Source: a bacterium (GTDB taxonomy: Bacteria > Babelota > Babeliae > Babelales > JAUWHS01). Taken from it: a stretch of DNA of 19,086 nucleotides. The DNA lies in contig JBDRFY010000019.1 in the NCBI GenBank assembly GCA_043818275.1, positions 1 through 19,086 on the forward strand, read 5' to 3'. How positions within the stretch are numbered: position 1 is the stretch's first letter; each line of letters opens with the position of its first letter. Position numbers and translations under genes: made by a program. The notes beneath the pieces are model-generated. The model searched no databases and was not told the DNA's origin. It saw only the letters and a list, made by a program, of their open reading frames with translations. Shown piece after piece: positions 1 through 9,108 of the stretch.

Positions 1-330
1 CTTTTTTTGATAACTTCTCTACTCTCTTCCTCATGGGCTTTCTCCTTTTTTGCTTACACGGTATTGTGTAAAATTGGAGGATAGCCCATTTTATTTAATT
101 GATCTAGACAGAACTTTCAAAGAACGCGTAACTCCTGTATAGAAGAAAAATTTATTGAAGAGAAACCTTCTTTTAAGGAGCGCGTGGCTAAATTTTGGAA
201 TTTTTTGATACATGAATATTTAGGATTTGAAAAAAAGATTAAAGCAATTGAAGATCCTGAAGTTAATATTTCTGGAGAAGGGTTAATTCAGGCAGCAGAT
301 TATGATAAAACGCTTGTTGTGTTTGCTTGA
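1..330 (+). pseudogene. Degraded or frameshifted coding remnant (3' part of an unknown gene)
   Basis: Frame 2 is open 14-139 (LLYSLPHG...DRTFKERVTPV*). Frame 1 is open 103-327 (...EEKPSFKERVAKFWNFL...DYDKTLVVFA*). The FKERV-coding 16-mer is repeated at 114-129 and 170-185 with only third-position differences, but the copies are 56 nt apart, i.e. out of frame. Confidence 0.35.
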
Positions 331-382
331 TGAGTTTTATATAAATTGAAATTGAAAAAATTTGAATATATTGAAGATCCTG

Positions 383-410
383 AAGCCGGAAATTTAAACC
401 CGGCTTTTTT
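383..410 (+). terminator. Intrinsic terminator hairpin at the 3' end of the convergent antiporter gene
   Basis: aagccgg (383-389) / ccggctt (400-406) stem, 10-nt loop, T-run 405-410 on the + strand. Confidence 0.7.
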
Positions 411-2163
411 AAATTTGAGTTTCGGTTGGTGGAAGATGATTTGGAATTAAATCTATATCCAAATCTAAAGATTTTTTCAACGCGGAGAGTAAATCATTAA
501 TTTGTTTTTCATTTCCTTCAATATAAATACCTTCTTCTGGTCTTAAGACAACTTTTAAATTATTACTTAAAGTTAACACTTTTTTGGCTTCAGCCAATTG
601 AACAACTGATTTTATTGGTGAGGGTAAATCAATCGTTGTGATAATATTAAAAATTTGGCGCGAAGATAAATAATTAAATGGTCCAATTTTAATTTTACGA
701 ATCTGTTTTGTTTCTTTTTCTTCTGCCTTTTTATCGAGCCATACAAAACCAATTGAGAGCATTATTGGGGTGACAATTGTAGTCAATACGATTACTGTTA
801 CGCAAATAACATATTGTTCCAAATTAATTAGCTGGGTTCCTTTTAAAATTGTTGCCAATACTAATCCAACTTCTCCCCGGGCGACCATTGAAGAACCAAA
901 TAAATAACTTTCAAGGTTGGACCATTTATTTTTTTTCTGAAACAGATTCGCTATTGTTGTTGAAAAATAACAACCAATCATTTTAGATATGGTTGCGACA
1001 AATAAGAGGAATAATACAATTATCCAGCTTGAAGAATTTACTTTTGAAATATCAACCTGCATGCCGACGGAGCCTAAGAAAAGAGGGAGTAAAAAAACAT
1101 TTACGTAAGGTGAAATAATTCTTTCAGCATTGTGTTTTTCGTCACCCATTCTTTGAAAAAGTCCGGCAAAATATGCTCCGGTAATTCCGGCAAGCCCTCC
1201 CAGAATTTCTGCCAGTGAGAAATATGCAAGCATCATTGCAATTGCAAATGGTGGGATAAGATGATTAAAGTGAAATTTTTTAAACCAGTGATTTGCATTT
1301 TTAATAAAAAATCGACCGATTAAGAACATTAAGACAAAAGATAAAATCATATATAACATGGACGACCAGATATTACACTGATGTCCACTAAACGTTGTTG
1401 AACAATAAGATTTTCCTAAAGTTCCACCTTGCAATAACACTGAAAAAACAGAAAATATTATAATTGCAAGAATGTCATCAATAATTGAGGCGCCCATTGT
1501 TGCCTTGGCAAATTTAAAATGCATTTTTTTTTGTGAAACAAGCATAGCGACAGGTATAGAAACGCTCGTAGCTGCAAAAACAACTCCGATACCAATACTT
1601 GAAACAAGGTTGTAGCTGTCTTTAAAAAAATAGGAAAGAGTTGAGGAAATCATCACTATTGGAGTGAAAGCTGCCAAAAATCCGGCAAGTGTGGAAACGA
1701 CGCCAACTTTTGCCATATCCTGAATATCAGTTTCATGACCCGCAATCCAAAGTAAATAAGCCACGGTTATTGTGGATGAAAGTAAAATTACAAAAAACAT
1801 AAAAAGATCAGTTGAAGCCAATATGTAAATTTTTTTACTGGCATAGTCGATAATATTTAATGGTTCTTCAAAGATTTTGAGGCCCTGAATATTTAAAAGA
1901 GATGGACCTAAAATTATTCCACCAATTATCCTTCCAGCAACAACTGGAAGGCGAAACAAAAGTCTTAAAATTTTTCCAACAGCAACTGTTACAAATAGAA
2001 TAGTTGCAATAAAAAGAGTAAATTTTGCAGCAAAGGCTGCCGTAGCCCCACCTCCAGAAAAAAGATCAAGGTTTTTGGTTGTAAACGGTGGGCTTGAATA
2101 AAGATTGGTTATTGTACATAAAATTAGGGGAGTAAAAAAATACAATGATTTTTTTAAATACAT
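409..2163 (-). CDS. Cation:proton antiporter, CPA2 family (NapA/KefB-like), with a ~100-aa soluble C-terminal extension
   Basis: Many TM helices. Motifs LPVVAGRIIGGIILGPS, AGHETD, AATSVSI, IIDDILAI, GAYFAGL, LPLFLGSVG, SKMIG, MVARGEVGL. Start is more likely the ATG at 2163, preceded by AAGGGA, than 2217. Confidence 0.88.
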   Translation of the reverse strand: MYLKKSLYFFTPLILCTITNLYSSPPFTTKNLDLFSGGGATAAFAAKFTLFIATILFVTVAVGKILRLLFRLPVVAGRIIGGIILGPSLLNIQGLKIFEEPLNIIDYASKKIYILASTDLFMFFVILLSSTITVAYLLWIAGHETDIQDMAKVGVVSTLAGFLAAFTPIVMISSTLSYFFKDSYNLVSSIGIGVVFAATSVSIPVAMLVSQKKMHFKFAKATMGASIIDDILAIIIFSVFSVLLQGGTLGKSYCSTTFSGHQCNIWSSMLYMILSFVLMFLIGRFFIKNANHWFKKFHFNHLIPPFAIAMMLAYFSLAEILGGLAGITGAYFAGLFQRMGDEKHNAERIISPYVNVFLLPLFLGSVGMQVDISKVNSSSWIIVLFLLFVATISKMIGCYFSTTIANLFQKKNKWSNLESYLFGSSMVARGEVGLVLATILKGTQLINLEQYVICVTVIVLTTIVTPIMLSIGFVWLDKKAEEKETKQIRKIKIGPFNYLSSRQIFNIITTIDLPSPIKSVVQLAEAKKVLTLSNNLKVVLRPEEGIYIEGNEKQINDLLSALKKSLDLDIDLIPNHLPPTETQI

Positions 2164-2273
2164 AGTTTGTCCCTTAAAATTGACTGTTATAAAAGGAATC
2201 ACCTTCATATATTTCATTAATACGATATATAAAAATTAGCATAAGTTTAATGGTTGTAGAAGCGGAAATTTAA

Positions 2274-2302
2274 TTGACATTTGTTATTTTTGTCGCTAAT
2301 TT
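2274..2302 (+). promoter_or_regulatory. sigma70-type promoter for tRNA-Gly
   Basis: TTGACA (2274-2279), 17 nt, TAATTT (2297-2302), about 20 nt upstream of the tRNA. Confidence 0.6.
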
Positions 2303-2321
2303 TTATCAATCGATCCAAGAT

Positions 2322-2396
2322 GCGGGAATAGCTCAGTGGTAGAGCATTGCCTTGCCAAGGCAAGGGTCGCGGGTTCAAATCCCGTTTCCCGCTCCA
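2322..2396 (+). tRNA. tRNA-Gly (anticodon GCC), CCA encoded
   Basis: Acceptor stem GCGGGAA/TTCCCGC plus TCCA, D arm GCTC-AGTGGTA-GAGC, anticodon arm TTGCC-TTGCCAA-GGCAA, T arm GCGGG-TTCAAAT-CCCGT. Confidence 0.98.
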
Positions 2397-2523
2397 TTTT
2401 TTTATCCTTTTTCGTTTGAAATTGCGATTTTCTTTTATTTTGGTAGTTTTTAGGTACTTTAAAGGTATTACAACGCAAGAAATCTATTATTTAAATTATT
2501 TATTGTGAAAAGGGTTTTTGTTG

Positions 2524-3168
2524 ATGAAATCTGTATCTGTTTTTGGGGAAGGTTCAAATATTTTGGATGCCATAAAAAAAGCATGGGAAAAGGCTGGTCA
2601 ACCGGATAATTTTACCGTAAAAATTATTACCTTTGGTAAAAAAGGGTTTTTGGGTTTTTGGGCAAAACCTGCTGTTGTGTCATTGTTTTGTAAGCTTAAA
2701 AAAGATTATAAAAATTTAGTTTCCCCGAGAGAAATTAGAAAAGACAATAAACAAGAAGACACTAAAAAAACCGCTTACACTCAAATATTTAAAAAAGGTG
2801 TTGATGATGTCAAAAGTAGCCCAGCATCTATTTCTAAAAAATTATCTCAGGGTGAACTAGCATCCAGAAAAACAAAAGATTTATTTTGGAATGATGAATT
2901 GATCCAGGAAATTTCTCAATATTGCAAACAATTGTTTAATATTATGGAAATAGAAACCCCATTTAAAGTTGATTTTAATAAGAAGATTTTGAATATTAGT
3001 CTGAAAAATAGTGTGTTAACTTCTAAAGAAGAAGAGAAAAGTTTTTATATAAGTTTATCTCACATATTGATGCAGTTTTTAAAGAAGGATCATAAGAAAA
3101 AATTCGAAGGTTTTCATATAATTATTAATTCTCCCTTAGTAGCAAATGAATCAACAAAACAAAATTAA
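2524..3168 (+). CDS. Jag N-terminal domain protein (KhpB/EloR-like, shortened, no recognisable R3H)
   Basis: N-terminal ...ILDAIKKAWEKAG...VKII...KKGFLGF..KPAVV matches the Jag_N pattern. It lies directly upstream of mnmE, the canonical jag position. ATG at 2524 follows AAGGG. Confidence 0.75.
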   Translation: MKSVSVFGEGSNILDAIKKAWEKAGQPDNFTVKIITFGKKGFLGFWAKPAVVSLFCKLKKDYKNLVSPREIRKDNKQEDTKKTAYTQIFKKGVDDVKSSPASISKKLSQGELASRKTKDLFWNDELIQEISQYCKQLFNIMEIETPFKVDFNKKILNISLKNSVLTSKEEEKSFYISLSHILMQFLKKDHKKKFEGFHIIINSPLVANESTKQN

Positions 3169-4672
3169 TCAGTTAAATAGTGATGAAGAATCTATAATTG
3201 CCCGCTGTACTCCAATGGGAAGTGGGGCAATAGCAATTCTGCGTATTTGTGGTGTTGATGCAATTTCGATTGCAGATAAATTTTCAAAATTATCCTCAGG
3301 TAAAAAGTTATCAGATTTACCAACGCATACAATTCATCATGGTTTTGTTGTTAGTAATAATGAAACAGTAGATGAAGTTTTATTTTTGTTGATGCATGGT
3401 CCCAAAACTTTTACGGGACAGGATACTGTGGAAATTAATTGTCATAATAATCCATTTATAATTGAAAAAATTATTAACCAGGCAATTGAATCTGGTGCCA
3501 GGTTGGCTCAAAGAGGTGAATTTACCAAAAGAGCATTTTTAAATAAAAAAATTGATTTAATTCAGGCGGAGTCAATTAATGAGATTATCGGAGCGCAGAC
3601 AGAACTTGCGTTGAAAAAATCAATGTCTCAATTAAAGGGAACTTTTTCCAGTTTTTTAAAAAAAACAGAAGAAGAGCTTATTGAGCTTTTAAGTATTGTG
3701 GAAGCAAGCTTTGAGTTTTTAGAAGAAGAACAACGTGATATAAATTTGCATAATTTGATTACAACAAAAATTGATTTATTTTTGAAAAATCTGAAAAAAA
3801 TAAAAAAAGATTTCAACACACAACAGCAAATTCGAAATGGTATAAAAATAGCAATAATTGGAGAAGTAAATGTTGGTAAATCTACTTTATTTAATTCTTT
3901 GTTAAATAAAGACAGGGCAATTGTTACAGATATTGAGGGAACAACAAGAGATAGTGTTGAATCAACTTTATATAAAAAAGGAAATTTTTGGTTATTAACA
4001 GATACTGCAGGATTGAGAGAGCCATCCTTCGCTAAAGCTTCGGAGGGTCTGTCCTTTGAAGCCTTGTGCGCAAGAGGAACTAAAGATCAAATAGAAAAAG
4101 AGGGCATTAATCGCAGTTTAAAAGAAGCTGCCATAGCTGATATAGTCCTTTTTGTTTTTGATGTAACAAAGGATTTGGATCAAAAAAAGATACAGATTTA
4201 TAATGAAATAATTAACAAATATAAAGATAAAGTCATATTGGTTTTTAATAAAATTGATACCCTTCGACCTCTCGATCTTTCGATAAACTCAGGACTCGAG
4301 GCTCATTGTGATTGGAATGAATTTGAAACTGTCTTAAACCAAATGGGAAATAATAATAAATATTTTATTTCTGTTTCTGCCAAAGAAAAAAAAGGGATTT
4401 CTAATTTAGAAAAAATGATACAATGTAAAATTCAGGAAATGTTTGAAAATTTGAATTCGCCTTTTTTACTCAATCAACGGCAATTTAATTTAATAGTTCA
4501 ATTGGAGCAAATGATGAATTTGATTGTAAAAAGCATTACTGATGGGCTACAATATGAATTACTTGCTTACCAATTAAAAGAAATGCTTGAAAATTTATCT
4601 GAATTAACAGGAAAAAATGTAACCGAAAAAATTTTGGATAATATATTTAACTCTTTTTGTGTAGGTAAGTAG
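3146..4672 (+). CDS. mnmE: tRNA modification GTPase MnmE (TrmE), with two in-frame palindromic insertions
   Basis: TPMGSGAIAILR, PKTFTGQDTVEINCH, GEFTKRAFLNKKIDL, G1 GEVNVGKS, G2 GTTRD, G3 DTAG, G4 NKID, G5 SAK, C-terminal FCVGK. Confidence 0.97.
   Translation: MNQQNKINQLNSDEESIIARCTPMGSGAIAILRICGVDAISIADKFSKLSSGKKLSDLPTHTIHHGFVVSNNETVDEVLFLLMHGPKTFTGQDTVEINCHNNPFIIEKIINQAIESGARLAQRGEFTKRAFLNKKIDLIQAESINEIIGAQTELALKKSMSQLKGTFSSFLKKTEEELIELLSIVEASFEFLEEEQRDINLHNLITTKIDLFLKNLKKIKKDFNTQQQIRNGIKIAIIGEVNVGKSTLFNSLLNKDRAIVTDIEGTTRDSVESTLYKKGNFWLLTDTAGLREPSFAKASEGLSFEALCARGTKDQIEKEGINRSLKEAAIADIVLFVFDVTKDLDQKKIQIYNEIINKYKDKVILVFNKIDTLRPLDLSINSGLEAHCDWNEFETVLNQMGNNNKYFISVSAKEKKGISNLEKMIQCKIQEMFENLNSPFLLNQRQFNLIVQLEQMMNLIVKSITDGLQYELLAYQLKEMLENLSELTGKNVTEKILDNIFNSFCVGK
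4022..4078. repeat. Inverted pair of family-A palindromic elements, 57 nt / 19 aa in-frame insertion in mnmE
   Basis: tccttcgctaaagcttcggaggg (4025-4047) is followed by an inverted copy, gtcctttgaagccttgtgcgcaagagga (4051-4078). Both align to the alaS copy at 13598-13627. The insert encodes PSFAKASEGLSFEALCARG between DTAGLRE and TKDQIE. Confidence 0.8.
4260..4315 (+). repeat. Family-B palindromic element with a nested second copy, in-frame in mnmE after NKID
   Basis: cccttcgac...gctcattgtgattgg matches the alaS copy (- strand cccttcgac...gctcagggtgatcgg). An inner ctcga/tcgag stem encloses tctttcgataaactcagga. Confidence 0.7.
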
Positions 4673-4705
4673 TTAATGATTATTTAAGGGGATTGAGGGG
4701 GAGTT

Positions 4706-5767
4706 ATGAAAAAACATTTTTTATTTTTTATTTTTATAATTTTTAATCAAAACTCATTTGCATCCTTTTCTTATGTTGCATCCAAGTTTTTAACCAGTAA
4801 TGATTTTACTGATGAAGAAGGTAATGTTTCAGGCCATTATGTTTGGACAAGTTCTTCAAAAAACCCGTTTACCGAATTAATTTTATCCTGGAATGCTTTA
4901 AGGCCTGAAAGAGGCAAATTTGTTTTTTTGGTAAGTGTCAAACATAATAAATGGACGCAGTGGTATAAACTTGCAGAATGGGGAGTTAAGAGTCAGCAAA
5001 CTTTTGTTAATTCAAGAGTTCCTATTGTACACGCAAAACATGTCCGAATGGTGCTAACTCGTGGAAAAAAAAGTAGTGCTTTCAGAATTAAGGTTTTAGC
5101 TCAAAATGGAGCTGATTTAAGAAATTTAAAATCATTGTTTGTTAACACTTGTGATATGAATAAATTTGTGGAAACAAAACCTGATTTTAAAAAAATGACA
5201 ACTTACATAAAAGGTTTTCCACGTCAATCACAAATGGTTGTTGGCCATCCCAGATTTAGAGATATCTGTTCACCAACATCTTTAAGTATGATTTTGGATT
5301 ATTATTTAAATCCAAAACGTTTAACTCCAAAAGTTGGTGGATTAACTTCATTTGTTGCAAGTTTTGCGGACTTGGTCCATGACGACAGTTATCTGGATAT
5401 ATATGGAAATTGGATTTTAAATACAGCTCAGGTTTTTGATTCATCGCAAGGAAGTGTTTTTTGTCGCGCGCAAAGGCTTAATAATTTTGATGAATTATAT
5501 GAATATTTAAAAAACAAAACTCCTGTCGCGGTAAGTATTCGTGGGTCATTGCGTGGGGGTAGAAAGCCTTATGATAACGGACATTTTGTTGTCGTTATTG
5601 GATGGAGTCAAAAGAAAAAAGCTGTTATTTGTGTTGATCCTGCTTTTTCGAGCAGTAATAAAACATTAAAAGCTTATCCTGTAAAAGATTTTTTAACCGC
5701 CTGGGGAAAATCCAGAAATTTAAGCTATATTGCAATTCATAAAAACGATTTTTATAAAATAATGTAA
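4706..5767 (+). CDS. Secreted C39-like (papain-fold) cysteine peptidase family protein
   Basis: Signal peptide MKKHFLFFIFIIFNQNSFA. SQM...ICSPTSLSMIL (Gln, Cys), GHFVVVIG (His), VDPA (Asp). RBS GAGGGGGAG. Confidence 0.8.
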   Translation: MKKHFLFFIFIIFNQNSFASFSYVASKFLTSNDFTDEEGNVSGHYVWTSSSKNPFTELILSWNALRPERGKFVFLVSVKHNKWTQWYKLAEWGVKSQQTFVNSRVPIVHAKHVRMVLTRGKKSSAFRIKVLAQNGADLRNLKSLFVNTCDMNKFVETKPDFKKMTTYIKGFPRQSQMVVGHPRFRDICSPTSLSMILDYYLNPKRLTPKVGGLTSFVASFADLVHDDSYLDIYGNWILNTAQVFDSSQGSVFCRAQRLNNFDELYEYLKNKTPVAVSIRGSLRGGRKPYDNGHFVVVIGWSQKKKAVICVDPAFSSSNKTLKAYPVKDFLTAWGKSRNLSYIAIHKNDFYKIM

Positions 5768-5784
5768 TTGTTAGCGAGGTTTTT

Positions 5785-6105
5785 ATGTTAAGTGAAAAAA
5801 CTTTAGAGGTAATCAAAAAAAGATTAATCAAGATTTATAATCCTTTAAAGATATATATTTTTGGTTCTTATGCCTGGGGTAATCCAACTGAAGATAGCGA
5901 TTTGGATCTTTTGATTGTTGTTGAGGATTCAAATGAAAAAACATATAGAAGACCAATAAAGGGACATGTTGCTTTGTCTGGGATTGATACGCCAAAAGAT
6001 TTGATTATTTATACAAAGCAAGAGTTTGAGGAGAGGTCTGGAGATATAACAACTCTTTGTTATAAGGTAAAAAATGAAGGAAAAGTGATTTATGCCAAAG
6101 CATGA
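5785..6105 (+). CDS. Minimal nucleotidyltransferase (MNT) domain protein
   Basis: IFGSYAWGNPTEDSDLDLLIV is a GSx10DxD motif. Third Asp in PKDLII. C-terminal EGKVIY. Confidence 0.9.
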   Translation: MLSEKTLEVIKKRLIKIYNPLKIYIFGSYAWGNPTEDSDLDLLIVVEDSNEKTYRRPIKGHVALSGIDTPKDLIIYTKQEFEERSGDITTLCYKVKNEGKVIYAKA

Positions 6106-6496
6106 GTTATGGCTTAAGATTGCATTGATTGATTTAAAATCAGCTAAAACTCTTTTAAAATCTGAGCTTTATTCTTCAGTGATGTTTCATTGCCAACAAT
6201 CAGCGGAAAAATCTTTAAAGGGTTTTCTTGTATTTAAAAAACAAAATATTAGAAAAACACATGATTTGATTTGGCTTATGGATTTTTGCGCAAAGTTTGA
6301 TATTCAGATTAACAAGCTTAAATTGATGCTTGGCACTTTAAATCCTTTAGAAACTAAATTCAGATATCCGGATGATTTTAGTATTCCAGATGAAAAAGAA
6401 GCATTAGAGGCTATAAAATTTGCTAACAGAATTTATAATTTTGTGCTTAAAAAAATTAAAGAACCAAAAACAGGCCAAAAAAATATTTTTGATTAA
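6092..6496 (+). CDS. HEPN domain protein, partner of the MNT (putative toxin-antitoxin pair)
   Basis: [28 protein letters not shown] and RYP motifs. Overlaps the MNT gene by 14 nt. Confidence 0.9.
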   Translation: MPKHELWLKIALIDLKSAKTLLKSELYSSVMFHCQQSAEKSLKGFLVFKKQNIRKTHDLIWLMDFCAKFDIQINKLKLMLGTLNPLETKFRYPDDFSIPDEKEALEAIKFANRIYNFVLKKIKEPKTGQKNIFD

Positions 6497-6516
6497 TTGT
6501 AACTGGAGATTTTGTT

Positions 6517-9078
6517 ATGAATGAACAAAATTTTACACATGCCTTTATCCAATTGTTACAAGAAGCATTCTCATTAGCGCAACAAAATAATCATTCTGTA
6601 ATGCAGCCTATTCATATTTTGGCAGCGGCTTTGCAGGATAATTTTTGTTTGTCAGGTTTTGATGCTTTGGGGATAAATACAAATCAGTTAAGTGATTTGG
6701 TTGGTCAAGAATTATCTAAAACACCAACCATTCAGGGCGCGCAGCCAACACCAGACTATTCTTTGCAACAATTTTTATCTGAATGTGATCAAATTGCAAA
6801 AAAATTAAAGGACGAATTTGTAAGTGTTGATGTTTGTATGCTTGCATTTGCAAAAACAAATAATCTACCAACATCAATTCTGAATTTTTTCAGACAAAAT
6901 AATTTTGAATATCAAAAAGTTTTAGACTGGGTTAATTCTTTAAGACAGGGGGAAACTGTGAAAGATCAGGGCGCAGAAAATCAATATCAGGTTTTAGAAA
7001 AATATTGTCAGGATTTAACCAAATTGGCCAGAGAAGGAAAACTTGATCCTGTAATTGGTCGCGATGCTGAAATTCGCAGGGTGGTACAAATTTTATCCCG
7101 TCGAACGAAAAACAACCCGGTTCTTGTTGGGGATCCTGGTGTTGGTAAAACAGCAATTGTTGAAGGGATAGCGCAAAGAATAATAAAAGATGATGTTCCC
7201 GAAAGTTTGCGTAATCGAAGAATTTTATCCCTTGATCTTGGAGCATTAATTGCGGGAACAAAATTTCGTGGAGAGTTTGAAGAAAGATTAAAAGCGATTT
7301 TAAAAGCGATTGAAAAAGAATCACAATCCATAATTTTATTTATCGATGAACTTCATATGCTTGTTGGCGCAGGGGCAACAAATGGTGGTATGGATGCATC
7401 AAATTTATTAAAACCGGCTCTTGCCAGGGGAATTTTGCATTGTATTGGAGCGACAACTTCAGTTGAATATAAAAAATATATAGAAAAAGATGCGGCTCTT
7501 GAGCGTAGGTTTCAAAAAGTGTTGATTGAAGAACCATCAATTGAAGATACAATTTCAATTTTGCGTGGAATTAAAGAAAGATATGAATTACATCATGGAA
7601 TAAGAATTAAAGATTCTGCTTTAGTTAAAGCTGCAACGTTATCAGCTAAATTAATTCCAGATAGATTTTTACCGGACAAAGCAATTGATTTAATTGATGA
7701 AGCAGCATCCATGGTTAAAATGGCAATTGATTCAAAACCGGAAGAAATAGATAAACTTGAACGAAAAATCAGGCAACTCGAAATTGAAAAAGTGGCTCTT
7801 GAAAAAGAAAAAGATGAACAATCTAAAAAAAGATTGAAAGATTTAAGCAAAGAATTGAGTGATTTAAAAGAACAAAACCGAAAATTAACACAAAAATGGA
7901 AATCAGAACGTGAACCGTTAGAAAAAATTCAAAAATTAAAAGAAGAACGGGATCAATTAAAAATTGAATATGACAAGGCTGAACGGGAAGGCGATTTTTC
8001 AAAAGCGTCTATGATTAAATATGGAAAATTGGTTGAAGTGGAGAAAAAAATTACGCAAGAACAGGAAAAATTAAAAAAAGTTGATGGTGATCACCTGATT
8101 AAAGAAGAGGTTGATGAAAATGATATTGCCTCAGTGTTGTCCCGCTGGCTTAAGATTCCTGTTGAGAAATTAAAAGCGGATGAAAGTGAAAAACTTATCA
8201 ACATGGAAGATTATTTACATAAAAGAATTATTGATCAAAAAGAGGCGATCAAAAAAATAGCTGATACAATTCGGGTTCATCGAACTGGAATCGCTGACCC
8301 GAATAAACCAATTGGTTCATTTTTATTTTTAGGGCCAACAGGTGTTGGTAAAACAGAGGTTGCAAAAACTTTGGCTGATTATCTTTTTAATGATGAACAT
8401 CAAATGATCAGAATTGATATGTCTGAATATATGGAAAGGCACGCGGTTGCAAGATTAATTGGCGCTCCTCCTGGTTATGTTGGTTATGAAGAAGGTGGAC
8501 AATTAACAGAGCAAGTTCGCAAACATCCATACAGTGTTGTTCTTTTTGATGAAATTGAAAAAGCGCACAATGATGTTTTTAATCTATTTTTACAAATTTT
8601 GGATGAAGGAACTCTAACTGATTCGCAAGGCAGAACTGTTTCATTTAAAAATTGCATAATTATTATGACATCAAATTTGGGTTCAGATTTAATTTTGAAA
8701 GCCGGTGATCTCACGGCAAAAGTAAAAGATGAAATAAATAAATTATTGTTCAAACATTTCAGACCTGAATTTTTAAACCGGATTGATGAAATTGTTTATT
8801 TTAATTCGTTAAAAGAAAAAGATGTTGAACAAATTGCAAAAATTCAGATCGATAAGTTAATTAAGCGCATGAAAGAACAGGATATTAATCTTGAAGTTTC
8901 TGACGAGGTAACTAAAAAGTTGGCTGAACTTGGATATGATAAAGAATTTGGAGCGCGCCCATTAAAGCGAACGATTCAACATTATGTTACAAATCCTCTG
9001 GCCGTTGAAATTCTTAAAAATCATGGTAAAAAGAAATTTGTTGTGAAATTGGTAAAAAACAATCTTGTAATAGCCTAA
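6517..9078 (+). CDS. clpB: ATP-dependent disaggregase ClpB
   Basis: Two AAA+ modules ([15 protein letters not shown] and [15 protein letters not shown]), [17 protein letters not shown], a long coiled-coil middle domain, [21 protein letters not shown]. Confidence 0.97.
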   Translation: MNEQNFTHAFIQLLQEAFSLAQQNNHSVMQPIHILAAALQDNFCLSGFDALGINTNQLSDLVGQELSKTPTIQGAQPTPDYSLQQFLSECDQIAKKLKDEFVSVDVCMLAFAKTNNLPTSILNFFRQNNFEYQKVLDWVNSLRQGETVKDQGAENQYQVLEKYCQDLTKLAREGKLDPVIGRDAEIRRVVQILSRRTKNNPVLVGDPGVGKTAIVEGIAQRIIKDDVPESLRNRRILSLDLGALIAGTKFRGEFEERLKAILKAIEKESQSIILFIDELHMLVGAGATNGGMDASNLLKPALARGILHCIGATTSVEYKKYIEKDAALERRFQKVLIEEPSIEDTISILRGIKERYELHHGIRIKDSALVKAATLSAKLIPDRFLPDKAIDLIDEAASMVKMAIDSKPEEIDKLERKIRQLEIEKVALEKEKDEQSKKRLKDLSKELSDLKEQNRKLTQKWKSEREPLEKIQKLKEERDQLKIEYDKAEREGDFSKASMIKYGKLVEVEKKITQEQEKLKKVDGDHLIKEEVDENDIASVLSRWLKIPVEKLKADESEKLINMEDYLHKRIIDQKEAIKKIADTIRVHRTGIADPNKPIGSFLFLGPTGVGKTEVAKTLADYLFNDEHQMIRIDMSEYMERHAVARLIGAPPGYVGYEEGGQLTEQVRKHPYSVVLFDEIEKAHNDVFNLFLQILDEGTLTDSQGRTVSFKNCIIIMTSNLGSDLILKAGDLTAKVKDEINKLLFKHFRPEFLNRIDEIVYFNSLKEKDVEQIAKIQIDKLIKRMKEQDINLEVSDEVTKKLAELGYDKEFGARPLKRTIQHYVTNPLAVEILKNHGKKKFVVKLVKNNLVIA

Positions 9079-9108
9079 AACAAGTAGGGTTAAACCCGAC
9101 TTATTTTT
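9079..9108. terminator. Probable bidirectional intrinsic terminator between convergent clpB and USP genes
   Basis: aagt-a-gggt / accc-g-actt stem (9082-9102), flanked by an A-rich left side and a T-rich right side. Confidence 0.6.

Noticed and set aside
2296..2478. 60-aa minus-strand ORF (MERETGFEPATLALAR...)
   Set aside because: It is the antisense translation of tRNA-Gly, a well-known spurious ORF type.
2322..2517. tRNA-Gly as an integration site for an island or prophage
   Set aside because: No integrase, no duplicated tRNA 3' end in the window, and the downstream genes are housekeeping.
6932..8753. Several antisense ORFs inside clpB, and similar ones within mnmE, the C39 gene, USP, alaS, nfeD and SPFH
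   Set aside because: They are shadow frames of strongly conserved genes, with no motifs or independent signals.
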